The position numbers were made by a program, and so were the translations under genes. A stretch of DNA of 61,861 bases, counting the filler, from Sphacelaria rigidula (lineage: Eukaryota): the NCBI GenBank assembly GCA_964200075.2. It is 10 parts of 10 records of this genome, joined end to end, with 100 filler letters (N's around TTAATTAATTAA, not from the genome) between each part and the next. Parts side by side here need not be neighbours in the genome. Positions count along the whole stretch, not along the records: positions 18,591 to 24,686 come from CAXNAA020022251.1; positions 24,787 to 30,882 come from CAXNAA020022252.1; positions 30,983 to 37,078 come from CAXNAA020022253.1; positions 37,179 to 43,274 come from CAXNAA020022254.1; 6 more parts are not named here. One strand, 5' to 3'. Under the pieces are notes generated by a model. The model was not told the origin of the DNA. It was given only the letters and a program-made list of their open reading frames with translations, and ran no database searches. Positions 24,603 to 37,245 of this stretch are shown here, piece after piece (position 1 is the stretch's first letter; every line of letters starts with the position of its first letter).

Positions 24603-27480
24603 TTTCGTTTTTTCTCAAAAAAAAAAAAATCTCGAGGGGGGGGGGGGGAAAAAAAAATTAAAAAAAAATTAATAAATTAGGACGTGNNNNNNNNNNNNNN
24701 NNNNNNNNNNNNNNNNNNNNNNNNNNNNNNTTAATTAATTAANNNNNNNNNNNNNNNNNNNNNNNNNNNNNNNNNNNNNNNNNNNNTATTATACTAAAAC
24801 CAAGCAATTTCCTGACGAAGGATTATTTGTCCTAACCGTGGAAACTTGTCAGGTTGGGTTTCTCGTTACAGTCTTACAACAGGGTATGCAAGCCGTTATC
24901 TACGGGTACAGCATGTGCGTCGTTAACGGTGGCAGCAGCACTGCGAGACATGTCCCGTGGATGAGTGTTCAATAGGTGATGCTTGCGCTCGTAGGTTTAT
25001 GTTGCGTGCGTGGTATTCCTTTGGAACAAATTTATGGACGGTGGTCTGCATTTTCTCATCAGCGCACTGTGTGTCTGTGTCTCCCACGCCATGTACAACA
25101 GCGTGTAAGCGGGAGGAGACAGGGTAGCGAGGGATGATTATCAGTTGCGCAGCCGGCCGTTTGCAGGGGGTTTATCCAGAGAGATCCGAGATGGAGACTT
25201 TTAGAGATAGACGGTCATGCGCGTGGACCACGGTCGAGATGGGAAATGCGTGGAATTAGAAAGCAAGCTGTACGGTTAAGGTTTTCGACACATACATTCC
25301 CAGATGATAGCCCACAGGTGCTCCTGTCGCTGTTTCCCAGTATTATTGCGAAATAAGTTTAGGAGGAGGTCCCTCTTCGGCACAAGACGGGGCGCTGGAT
25401 CTTCATTTTTTTTTACTGCATGTGTACCCTTCCGTGTATTTGCGGTGGAAGCCGTGACCCGTTGATCCAGTGGCGTGACTGTTGGATCAGCCCTACATTG
25501 GCATCAACCCACTTTCACGAGGTCGGGTCAACGCCGTTTGGCACACATTGAATTGACTTCATGGGGTAAGTTCAAAGGTAACTTACGGGCTCAATTCACC
25601 CGACTGATTTTTGCTCCCGAATTTGTTTTTGATGTCCCTTGATACGAACGACATGATGATTTGATCTGCGCTATTTTCAAGTAGTTACGAAAAGATGGAA
25701 CGAATCGTCTCGGCGCCATTATTACCGTGAAAAGCTTGTCGTAATACCGGGTGCGAAGCGAAATTTAAAGCCGACCGCGCCAGAGAGCACGGTGGTACGA
25801 CAGGGGGGGATACCACGATGAGGGGGGAGGATACGGTAGCGAAAAAACTTCGTCGCAGCAGGGAGGGACCGTGGCGCCCTGGGTGCGAACACCGAACAAC
25901 CCTGAGCAAAACTGGCGTACCGGTGGTGGGAAAGCACAGCATAGCACAGTACGAAAGCAGCCGCGGTGTTGCTTGCTTCCCTTTGGCTTTCTTTTTGTTG
26001 CTGCAGTATGCTTCTTCATGGATGTATCGCAAAATATGAAAAGTGATGCTACGGTAGGGAGGGAGGGAAGGGGGAGGGGAGGTATATTGGCCCATTTCTT
26101 CGATGAAATTTTACCCGCGAGCTGTTGTTGAAAGAGCAACGGTTGTTCGAACGCGCTTGTTACCACTAAGACACTGTCACTACTACTTCACGCCGTTTTC
26201 ACCCAAATACAAACGGACCGCGAGTAGTTAGGTCGTCTGACACACCTGTGAGCCCCTGTTTTACGTGGAATCAAGTACCCCCCACCCCCCGATCGCAGCG
26301 TCACTGTAGTATTGTACTGCTACTACTCGCACCATGTACGAAGGAGCATAACATCTGCTGAGGGGTATCACGGTCTATCGATGTTATTTTCCCCAGCATT
26401 TGTTTCTTGAAGAAGTCGGCATTTTTTCGGAAATAGTTGGGAAGAGGTCTGGAAAGAATCACCGTCTTTTCTGCACGCCGCGAAAGGGCGGACGTCTTCA
26501 ACGCAAATCCACGTGCCTCCATTCATATCTCCCTCTCGTACCGATCCAACCGTAATTCCCGACTCATAATGATCGATGCCTACGAAGGCTGCCAGTAGTA
26601 GTAGTGTTGTTACTCACCCTCCCCTTCGTTGTCGCCCCTGGTGCCACGGCAGAGTGAGGGGGGGTTGCGGAACCCAAATAACTCGTTCGTGACAGTCCGC
26701 ACCGTGTCACAGCAGAAGGGGGATTCGAACGTGCAGCCGCGCCCCGGTGGTGTAAGGGTCCGACTGTCGCCATTAGGGTGGAGAGAACGGGAGTCCGATT
26801 CCCGATGNNNNNNNNNNTGATGTAGGATTTCCACCGTGGAAAGCGTGAGAACGTGAGTAAACAAAATTAGTCGACTGGGTTTGTGTGACTTGGGTTGACG
26901 CGGTGCGGGAGTGCTGATCCACTCCGCGAGATCAAATTGAAAGGCACGTACCGGGGAAGAGGTGGGTCGATCCCTTGAGACCACGGACTCATCCCGAGGC
27001 AGGGGAGGGGTTCAAAGTGTGGGGGGGATATTTTTTATTTATCATCACAGGCCGGCTCATTGTGAACATGTAACGCCCCACATGCACTCATCATCAACGG
27101 ATCCCTTTCGCGGTACCCTATCCAATATTCGCATACATTGTATCATACTGACTGCCACATATAAATGAAGAGGGTGATCCCGCTGGAGTTTTGTGTAATG
27201 AAGGCCGAATCGGTGGCGCTAGGGGCAAAGACGAGCCTAGACCAATTAGCGACCTTCAACTGTTTTAATTACATAAGTTTTTTTAACCCATTTTTTACCT
27301 ATTCTCCACATGCTTCGACTCGTGGTAACCACCACCATCAGCTTACCACCGTCAGCTCGAGAATCGTACGCCAGAAAACAGATTTGAGAATAATGGTTGT
27401 TTTAAGATCGAATTATGCGGTGATGATGATGTGGGGTTTTGACGTGACTTTAGCCGGATTTCTATTATCAGACAAATCCA

Positions 27481-27819
27481 CAAAATGAGGTTGTACGATG
27501 AAATGAGGCTCAAGCCCGAAACAGTGCGTTGCCCACACTTACCGCGATGGTGCCGAATGACTTTTTTTGTCGGTCTCACACCCCTCGATCGCGTAGATAG
27601 TTTCTCAGCGTATTTTACCGACTCTCTGAGCTTATAGCGCTGACCGAAACCGTCATTTTCCCTGATTTTTAGGGGGGGGTGGCATCAGGGGAAACGGTAG
27701 TTTCGGTCAGCGCTGTAAGCTCACAGGCCGACAAAAAGTCATTCGGCACCATCGCTGAAAGTTTGGGAAAATAACTGTTTTAGGCTTGAACCTCATTTCA
27801 TCGTCCAACCTCATTTTGT
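27481..27819. mobile_element. Foldback MITE; an end of the same family lies at 61776-61861
   Basis: caaaatgaggttgtacgatgaaatgaggctcaagcc pairs with ggcttgaacctcatttcatcgtccaacctcattttg. Inner arms also pair (gatggtgccgaatgact/agtcattcggcaccatc; agcgctgaccgaaac/gtttcggtcagcgct). Confidence 0.85.
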
Positions 27820-28559
27820 TTTATTGTCTCTTTACTGATCATCTGCATCACATGCCGGACAGTCCCGTGACCACGGGTCCGAGAAGAAGATATATTCCTG
27901 ATGTGCCAATAACAAAAGGTCAAGCGATCTTTCTCTTTGTCGTTGATGCGGCGATGCGGCCGGCGAATTCCGTGTTTCCCCCAGTCTCTGTTGCCAGCGT
28001 CAGAACATGCACATCATACTAGGAATAGAAGTACTGTATTGCACAAGGTGGTGAGCAATGAAAGATACTGCAAATTCCGCGGCTGCTGGCTACATGTTAA
28101 ATTTGTCGGTAGAGGGGTCTCTGACAGAACCCCGTTCGTACAGTACCCCCCGCCGGCTGTGAAGGATTATCATGCCGCTTCTTGTCCAAAGATCGCCATT
28201 GATACGATATCTTCACACATATATTCATTTGACTACCGGGTAAAGTACAGAGATCCCACGACATTTAACTCATCAATTGACGTACCCAGTGAGCGAACAA
28301 ATTAACCCGTTCCCCGAATTCCGTTCATTTATACTTGAAAATAGTGAACCGTTCTATAATTTCTAGAGATGGGGACATTTTTTGGTGAACTGTCGCGAAC
28401 GTTCGACTCCCCTTCCCAACATAAAAAAGGCTCACCAGCACAGAGTCAGCACAACTGACCCTGGCATACAAACATACCATCTCTTGCTCTTGAAAGCTAC
28501 CAACCTAGATCTCATAAACATCACACGGTATGCCCGAGGGCTCGCTTTTGAGTAACAAC

Positions 28560-30163
28560 ATGAGGGGTGAAAGACGATGCTACCGGAGTGCGGCGCTCCT
28601 CCTCTCTGGGTTGGCAATCGCTGGTGAGTCGTCTGATCTCATATTTCGTGTGATTTCCGAGGTCGAGCAGTGTGTGTGCCACTACTCGGCGCGCTGCGCT
28701 ATCGACGGCATAGTTCCAAACCTCATTGTGCAGCACACACAACCTGGTGGGGTCGAGTGGTTCTGGTCCATGGCAAAGATTTGGCGTATTGGGTTCTATC
28801 TGCACTACACTGTCTCTGCTCGTTGCATCGTGTTCCGCGTGGCCGAGACAAACAACGCAAAACACAAGAATGCCTTGGATATTTTTCGTAATTACACAGA
28901 CTGTACTTCCGTATCTTTTTTGGATCGTGCCCGTAAATCGTCCGTATACAGGCTGCCCTGCTTTGATCCCCTCATGTCTTTGCCTTGAGCGGCGTTGCAT
29001 GCATTGAGCACGCGGTGCATGCTCTCAGATTTCTGCGCTGGAATGTTCGGAAGATATTAGTGTTTGTACTCCACTCTCATGTGCTTCGATTGGATTTAAC
29101 TAATCTGTCTTCACCAAAAGCCTCGCCATGGTAGCTACAGTAAATATGCATTTGAGTATAAGAAGCCGTCACTCGCTCAACACACATGTATCATGCCCAA
29201 CTTGAACGGAAAGGAAAGACCGCTTGCAGGGCGCAGCATCGCGTAACACGGTGTAAGCTGCATGCCTACTCGACTCCGGACTCTATGAATTTCGCTACAC
29301 TATAAACGTGGCTGGTGTACAGCCCGTCGTTGTAGGTCTGATGCGTCGACATGTTCTGCGAACTCAACATGACGCATATTGTGCTGCGGGATCTTTTTAA
29401 GTTTCGAGGACATCACGAAGAAAAGATTTTGTACACTCAGTTGGCGTTCCGGCCGAAGATCCCACCCATCTTCAATGCAACCTGCTGGAGGCTTGTTTGT
29501 GGCATTTCTCTGCCTGGGATGTGATTCTTTCTGAGTGCCCAGCAGTGCGCTAGTCCTGCATTCAGCTTTTTTCATGTCTAGCGATCTCCACCACCGCAAC
29601 GCGTATTTGGTGTCTGCACCGCATTTAGTCGTACGAGCGCCCCATGGCTGCGATGCTCGAAGCGAAAATGATGAATTTTTTCAAAAACATAAGGATCATA
29701 TACAAAGCAATTCAACAACTATACGTACATTATATAACTAGTATCCGACCCTGGATATCTTCGGTGATATCCGTGATTGGTGATGGATGCCTGATGGAAC
29801 GAAATTACTCAATGACTTATAATTGGGAACATGTTCGAACCGTTGTTCATAATCATTTATAGCACGCTCTCTTGCATACCCCTTCACGTACCACTCTCAC
29901 ATACCACTAAATGTTTGCCGCACATTACATCACACGCAGCTGCTCAAGGTGATTGCTCCCTCGATGAACTCACCGACGCTCAGCGCACGCAAATGGAGAT
30001 TTACGATAAGGATCTGTACTTAGATCCAAATTGTACATCGAGTGTTGGCGCCGTCCACCACTGCAACTATATGGGCATTGCCCCGGACTGCAGAGGCTGC
30101 TACTCTACCTGTGAGGGTGCTTTGCTGTACATGGAAGACTTCATGGAGGAATACGAATTCGTG
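28560..30163 (+). CDS. First two exons (28560-28623, 29940-30163) of a putative secreted Cys-rich protein
   Basis: The ATG exon encodes MRGERRCYRSAALLLSGLAIA with a g|gtgagt donor and joins in phase 1 to cacgcag|CT. Exon 2 encodes AQGDCSLDEL...YLDPNCTSSVGAVHHCNYMGIAPDCRGCYSTCEGA... and ends at a gtacgt donor. Confidence 0.65.
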
Positions 30164-30214
30164 GTACGTACCTCACTCACACTAAACCCATCTGGGCACA
30201 CGTAAATGCACTGT

Positions 30215-30620
30215 AGCGCGCGCGTGTGTGCATGTGTGCGTATGTGCGTGTACGTGTGTGTACGTGTGTGTACGTGTTGTCGTCCCATCAATGTTGGGTG
30301 CCGGGCTTGCCCTTTCGGTATACATGGGCGCATCGGCCGAGGTCACCCAGGAGGAAGGTCAACACATGAGCTCTTTCTTTTTCCTTTGTTTTTAGTATCC
30401 CACCTTCCTTCTGCTGTGCTTGCCATTTTTGTGTCGCGAAAGGGGTTCAGCAATCCCTTTCCCTCGTCGACCGTTAAGTCGAATTTTGTGTACCTACGAC
30501 ATAGTCGCTCTCCACTGTTCGATACTGTGTGAGATAAAATCCCAGATCGCTCCGAGATTCGAACCCACGACCCAACCGTTAGAAGGTTCGGAGGTTACCA
30601 ACTGAGCCACCGGGGCGACC
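30215..30620 (-). mobile_element. Full-length tRNA-derived SINE with (CA)-rich tail
   Basis: Head reads ggtcgccccggtggctcagttggtaacctccgaaccttctaacggttgggtcgtgggttcgaatctcggagcgatc on the - strand, followed by a ~250-bp body and an imperfect (CA)n tail. Confidence 0.85.
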
Positions 30621-31689
30621 GGTAATAATGTAGTACTTCATTATTTTCCCATCTTTTGGGAAGATGAACGAAACGCCCACAAACAGCGTTTTCGTGAGAT
30701 TGAGAGTAGAATGCTGATTGAGAATGGCTTTGATCCTTCGCTTCAACTTGACTAAATTCTCATTCCGTGTGTGCTTTTCTTTGTTTCTATCACTAGCGTG
30801 TGCTTGCAGCTACACGTCGACATCCTACTCAGGGATATCATGGGTCTCAGTGGCCAGCTGTTGCAGAAAGCATGTTGGGCCTNNNNNNNNNNNNNNNNNN
30901 NNNNNNNNNNNNNNNNNNNNNNNNNNTTAATTAATTAANNNNNNNNNNNNNNNNNNNNNNNNNNNNNNNNNNNNNNNNNNNNAAAAATGCGCTACCCGTT
31001 TTTGCTCCAAAAGCATAAGGGTCTACCCCTTTTTGATACTGCCCTAGTATCTACTCTCAAGCTCACGAGAACACTGTTCAGCCGTCGGGCTCGGTGCTAA
31101 TTTACATTTTCCCGAACAGTTCATCAGAACTTTCCACGCGTTCAAGTATTTTGGAAATTGTCTTAATCTCACGTCAAGCTTCAATGTCAACAGAATATAG
31201 TACATGAGCCCGGACCAGGGAGACATTCGGTTCTTGCAGTTGCTCCTATTGAAACGTTCCGCTTATAGTTTCAGAGAACTTGATCAATCGATGGCATAGA
31301 ATATGAATCACATGAGAAATGTGCGAGGCATTTGGGGCTTGTGCACGACGTCGATGAATACACCCTATGTATGCATGAATCTCTAGAATTTTCCACTGCA
31401 CATGAACTCCGCCGCCTCTTCACTACTCTCATACTCCATGGTGCCCCCGCTCCACAGTTATGGGACCCGTTCAAAAAGATTTATCGCTTGGTTTTTCAAT
31501 TACCTTGACGGCGAACGCTAGCGCAGATGCTGCTCTCAAGCACATCGACCTCATGCTCAACAAACACGAGCGATCCACAAATCAATTTGGCCTTCCCCAC
31601 GTCTTTCATGACAACACTGAATACGAGCGTCTGATCGCCTCATTCAACAAGTCCGAACAGGCAGACCTTTCTCGCCAGATGACAGCAAA

Positions 31690-33110
31690 CCTTACCGAAG
31701 AACAACGATCAATATTTAAAACTGTGACCCCACGAATGCCTTAAACAATAAAGGGGGTGTGTTCATGCTCGATGCTCCTGCTGGGCCGGGCAAAACTTAC
31801 TCTGACTGCGCTATTGCGGCGAACCTACGAGCTCAAGGAAAGTTAGTGCTTTGTGTAGCATCGACGGGTATCGCAGCTCTTATCCTCCCAGAAGGTCTTA
31901 CTCCTCACTTGACATTCAAGCTCCCTTTCGGAGATGAGGCCGTCGAGGGCAGCGTGTGCAACATCAAAGCTGAGTCCGAACGTGCGGACGTTCTCAAACG
32001 CGCATGACTAACAATATGGGATGAAGTAGTAATGTCCTTCAAATATTCTCCCGGAGCTCTCGACCTGACTCTTCAATATTTGTGCCATAACAATCTCCCT
32101 TTTGGCGGCAAATTTATCCTTTTCAGTGGAAACTGGCGCCAGGTTGGTCCTGTTCTCAAGTTCGCCTCAGAAGCAGAAATCGTCGAACACTCACTTCTGT
32201 CTTCGCATTTGTGGAGCCATGTCGAACGGTTTCGATTGACCCAATCCATGAGAGATTAGGACGATATACCCTTTGCAAAGACACTTCTAGCTGTTGGAGA
32301 AGGAAACACTGAGCCAATTTCGTTAAATGATGGTCCAACAGCAGTTCCTTCGAAATACAGCTCAACAAACGAAGACGGTTCCATGTCGATATGTTCCATT
32401 GCAGGTACTACTGAATCCGAAAAACTTATCGATAAAGTTTACCCTGACCTCTTGGACGTAAGTCATAGCACGTACAACGATCGCGGCATTTTAGCTCCTA
32501 CAAATGATAATAGAGATCACATTAACGATTATATCTTGAACAAAATGCGTGTCCATCTTGACCATCTCCTTAGCTCTGATAAAATAGTTTCCGACGACGA
32601 AAACATGCCTGGTGTCGTCTCTGTTGATATTTAAACAGCGTCAACGTTCCCGATACTCTGCCCCATGACCTCACCCTCAAGGTCGGAGCTTTAGGTTTCT
32701 TCAGAAGAAACGTAAATTTCGACAGCGGCCTGGTGAATGGTAAGAGAGGGGTAGTACGCGGGATTTCCAAGAGAGTCATCGATGTCCACGTATTGTCTGA
32801 TTGATCTCCTATAGTAAAGATTCCGCGAATTTGCTTCGAAGTTCCGGTGCCCGTGGCATTACCTTTCACCGCTATCAATTCCCAGTTAGGCTTTGTTATG
32901 CCATGACCATGAACAAATCTCAAGGTCAAACCTTGGAAAAAGTCGGCCTCGACCAGCGGGGGAATGTAATTTGTCATGGACAGCTCTATGTTGTAGTAAG
33001 TAGAACTGCATGCAGCGACAACACCCTTTGCCTCGTCAACAAAGATCGCCTTTTGGATGGTGCCCCACACGTCCATAACGTTGTCTATTCGGAGTTTATC
33101 GACGCTGCCG
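31690..33110 (+). pseudogene. PIF1-like SF1 helicase domain of the Helitron, frameshifted
   Basis: LTEEQ; LDAPAGPGKT (Walker A); VASTGIAALIL; IWDEVVM; PFGGKFILFSGNWRQVGPV; LTQSMR; ILAPTN; RYQFPVRLCYAMTMNKSQGQTLEKVG; HGQLYVVVSR. Several stops and frameshifts. Confidence 0.92.
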
Positions 33111-33329
33111 AGGGCAACCTCCTCCACTCTTTCATATTGAAGTGTCTTGTCACAGTCATATAAGCAACATCACTGCTTCAAGCGACGATAATAGTGGTGG
33201 AAATAAAAATAGCGGTGACAATATTAACAACAGCGGCGACAGCGAGAGCAGCCGTGGCCGCCACGATGACGACATTCATGATGACGATGATCAGCAACAT
33301 ATGCCAGGATCTTGGGAATGAGTCAATGA

Positions 33330-33735
33330 ATATGGGGACGGAGCTTGCTTGCCACGATGTATTGCCCGTCATGTTTTCAACGACCCTAATGCGCACACAT
33401 TAGTGACAGTGCAACTTATCCAACACATGTCCGATCACCTCCACGACCAAATCCCGAATTCTGGGGGAATGACTCTGCAAGCTTCAATGTCTGCTGGAAC
33501 CCATTACGAACAAGTACGGACTGCTGGTTGTCCCGGCCAAACATACATAGCGTTCAGCATTACCTTCACCTCATGTCGCATCCTTACGCATATGCCACTT
33601 ATGTCGAGATTGTCGCTGCCCAACAATTGTACAACATTAACATCCGCGTTACTCAAGTTGGTGATCCTTATCCGGGACCACCATCTGATGACACATGCGA
33701 CGTTTTGTACGGCCACGATCACTATGATACATTGC
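33330..33735 (+). pseudogene. OTU-like cysteine protease domain of the Helitron, one frameshift
   Basis: YGDGACLPRCIARHVF (GDGxC catalytic loop) ... YATYVEIVAAQQLYNINIRV ... VLYGHDHYDTL (His motif). Confidence 0.8.
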
Positions 33736-34324
33736 AAAACAACAGCCTCTCTGAACCAATTTTCGCGACTTGCTTCATCCCCGGGAGGCCCGTACCAACC
33801 TCCCGAAGGGGAACCTTGTATATATATATATATATATGTATATGTCTAACAACGATTACGTGTGAACGCTCCCGTGCAAGTGGGTCAATTAGACCTATTC
33901 TTAAAACAGTACACTTCACAAACCCTTCAGCTTTACTTCACCCCGCGACATTTTTCACTTTTGAAAGCATGATGAGACAGTGCAATGTTTTCCCATCACC
34001 GGTCACCATCGACGAGGGCGAGATTCGAGCTTCGACCCAACCTCTGAGTGCCTGAAAGTTTGCGCGTGATAGGCAATACGCAGAACCCTGATCGTGGATC
34101 TGATACTTGAATTCTGAAATACGGAAATTTGATCATGAAAAACGGGAACATGCATACACGAATATACAGGAGACATCACGTATGTGTGAACGATCTAACC
34201 TGTCAGTGTTTGAAAGTTTGCGCATAATGGACGGTAGTAGCCGCTTTCTGTTCCGGTCAACTCCCACGACTTTCTCCTGTTCCTTGCTTCCAGTCTTCAT
34301 TGTTTGCCATCGTAAGCAAGGTCA

Positions 34325-35500
34325 AGGTGGCGTACTAGAAACAAATAAAAAATAACAAGCTCTTGTGTGACCCCGGCTGGTGCGCCCACATATATATACC
34401 GAAAGGTGAAGATCGGAGCCATGCTACGGTAGAAGTTCACTTTCTTGGCGAAAATGCTTCTCAGGGTGTTGGACGGGTCACTTTGAGAATCGGCATCATT
34501 TTATCTTGAAAAACACTGAAAATGATGCCGATTCACGGAAAGTCCCCTGCGTACATTTCAATGTCCAGTCCCCCGATCTTTTGATTGCACAGTAAGCGAT
34601 ATAAAATGAAGACAAGCACCGCAGAAGGAAGGTGGCGTTCTAGAAACAAATAAAAAAGAACAAGCTCCTGTGTGACCACGGCTGGTGCGCCCACATATAT
34701 ACACCGAAAGGTGTAGATCGGAGCCATGCTACGGTAGAAGTTCACTTTTCTGGCGAAAATGTTTCTCGGGGTGTTGGACGGGTCACTTTGAGAATCGGCA
34801 TCATTTTATGTCGAGAAAGACTGAAAATGATGCCGATTCACGGAAAGCTCCCTGTGTACATTTCAATGCCCGGTCCCCGGATATTTCGATTGCACAGTAG
34901 GCGATAAAAAAAAAAGGCAAGGACCGCAGAAGGAAGGTGGGGTACTGGAAACAAATAAAATAAAAAGCTCCTTTGTGATCACGGCTGGTGCGCCCACATA
35001 TACATATATACCGAAAGGTGAAGATCGGAGCCATAGTGTGGAAGAAGTTCACTTTCTTGGCGAAAATGTCTCTCGGGGTGTTGGACGAGTCACTGTGAGA
35101 ATCGGCATCATTTTATCTTGAAAAACACTGAAAATGAAGCCGATTCACGGAAAGTCCCCTGCGTATATTTCAATGTCTGGTCCCCGGATCTTTTGATTGC
35201 ACAGAAAGCGATAAAAAATGAAGACAAGCACCGCAGAAGGGCGGTGGCGTTCTAGAAACAAATAAAAAAGAACAAGCTCCTGTGTGATCCCGGCTGGTGC
35301 GCCCACATATATATACCGAAAGGTGTAGATCGGAGCCATGCTATGGTAGAAGTTCACTTTTTTGGCGAAAATGTTTCTCGGGGTGTTGGACGGGTCACTT
35401 TGAGAATCGGCATCATTTCATGTTGAAAAAGAGTGAAAATAATGCCGATTCACGAAACGTCCCATGCGTGCATTTCAATGTCCGGTCCCCGGATATTTCC
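34325..35500. repeat. Satellite of about four ~305-bp units with A/B alternation
   Basis: gtggcgt(a/t)ctagaaacaaataaaa recurs at about 34327, 34632, 34937 and 35244. Each unit has a gaatcggcatcatttt...aaatgatgccgattc hairpin. Confidence 0.9.
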
Positions 35501-36040
35501 AGGGGTCTACACGTTACACCTTTACGTTCAATAAATTTGAACGTTACGTTAAAGTTTCAGATTATAATTTAACGTTACGTTCATCACGTAAAAAAATCAA
35601 CGTTACGTTTCGTTGCATGTAACGTAATATGAAACGTTTTAATGTCACGTGTAACGTCTAATATAACGTTTTCTGATCACATAAGTAGTGTTGGACGGGT
35701 CACTTTGAGAATCGGCATCATTTCATGTTGAAAAAGAGTGAAAATAATGCCGATTCACGAAACGCCCCCTGCGTACATTTCAATGTCCGGTCCCCGGATA
35801 TTTCCAGGGGTCTACACGTTACACCTTCACGTTCACGTTACGTTCATCACGTAAAAAATATTTAACGTTCGCGTTACGTTACGTATGTCACGTTCAATAA
35901 ATTTGAACGTTACGTAAAGGTTTCAGATTATAATTTAACGGTACGTTCATCACGTAAAATAAATCAACGTTGCGTTTCGTTACATGTAACGTAATATGAA
36001 ACGTTTTAATGTCACGTGTAACGTCTAATGTAACGTTTCA
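35390..36040. repeat. ~305-bp duplication joining the satellite end to an ACGTT-rich element
   Basis: gtgttggacgggtcac...ccaggggtctacacgttacacc...aacgttacg occurs twice (about 35383-35670 and 35688-36035). Confidence 0.8.
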
Positions 36041-36269
36041 TTCTGTGCATGTCGCGGCTCATTCACCAGTGTTTGAGGCGTTGTAATATGTCGTTTAAGG
36101 CGTCATGTTACCGTGTACGTGATGCTGACGGTGACCCGTCTGCTAGTTCTCATGTATGAAGAAAACCCAATGAAAAAGCGCGTCTTCTGATAACCCACTA
36201 CTCATGTGATCATAAAACGCGTTTGGAATCCCGCCGCACGCCAACACACCCTCCAGCCCACGACAGCAG

Positions 36270-36872
36270 CCATGGGTGGCTTGGCTGCCATCACCACTGT
36301 TGTCGCTGGTGCTCGCGGGAAGTCAGCGTGTTGCTTCATTGTCCTTCGCTCGCCAGTATCATGGTAGCTCTATATTCCATGAGAACAGCACAGGGCAGGG
36401 TCGATGGCGAGTGCGGTACACTCTGTGTGTAGTTTGCACAGACAGTATTGTCGCTCGCATTTCAGGTCTGTGCATGCAGCGTGATGCGAACAGCACTCGC
36501 GATGCAGCACAGACTGCCCACGCACCCAAGACTTGTTGAGATAGGACCGCACTGACCGTACACACAAGACCATAGTATAAGCAGTAGTGCTACTGCTGTA
36601 GTATCTACAGGGCTTGGGAGCCTGGACAGTCTGTACTGTACTCGAGTGCTGTTTGTAACACGCTTCATCCAGACATGAACTGAGCTACATTGCTGCGCAA
36701 CCAACCTACATACAGAGTGCCTGACAGCACTCGTCATGGACCCTGCCCTATTTTGTTCTCACGGGAGTGACGGGTAAGGGCCATCACGCTACTGGCGAGC
36801 GAAGGACAATAAAGCAAAACGCTGACTGCCCGCGAGCACCAGCGACAGCAGTGATGATGCCAGCCAAGCCAT
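36270..36872. mobile_element. Foldback element with ~180-bp imperfect inverted arms
   Basis: tggcttggctgccatcaccactgttgtcgctggtgctcgcgggaagtcagcg pairs with cgctgactgcccgcgagcaccagcgacagcagtgatgatgccagccaagcca. Confidence 0.8.
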
Positions 36873-37199
36873 CACTACAAACAGGGCTTTTGTGAGATTG
36901 AGAGTAGAGGATACCATTGAAAGTGAAAAGCGGTCAATTAGTGAATTACCCGTTTCAGTTCCGAAATGCTCCACGAGGTCCAGTATGTTTCCTGTAGTAG
37001 CTTGCCACCGAGGCCCTTGATATCCTTGTGTAGGATATTGACGTGTAGCTTTAAGCACACGCCAGTGATGGAGGGGAGNNNNNNNNNNNNNNNNNNNNNN
37101 NNNNNNNNNNNNNNNNNNNNNNTTAATTAATTAANNNNNNNNNNNNNNNNNNNNNNNNNNNNNNNNNNNNNNNNNNNNCGCCGAGGGCGGAGGGGGGGT

Positions 37200-37245
<46 letters not shown>

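Larger units (their letters stand above)
30983..33820 (+). mobile_element. Degenerate Helitron (Rep-helicase linker, PIF1 helicase, OTU protease, 3' hairpin); 5' part outside the contig
   Basis: Linker motif FLQLLLLKRSAYSFREL..IDGIEY...ARHLGLVHDVDEY...ELRRLFTTLIL. The 3' end has a hairpin gggagg...cctccc followed by CTTG and (TA)n at about 33783-33838. Confidence 0.88.

Noticed and set aside
25685..26095. Possible transit-peptide exon for the PGDH-PSAT gene (MLCFPTTG...LLRRSFFAT)
   Set aside because: Different contig, no good donor site, and it overlaps a MITE end.
30540..30620. tRNA genes here and at 5897, 21810 and 24130
   Set aside because: Each continues into a shared SINE body and the anticodon region varies between copies.
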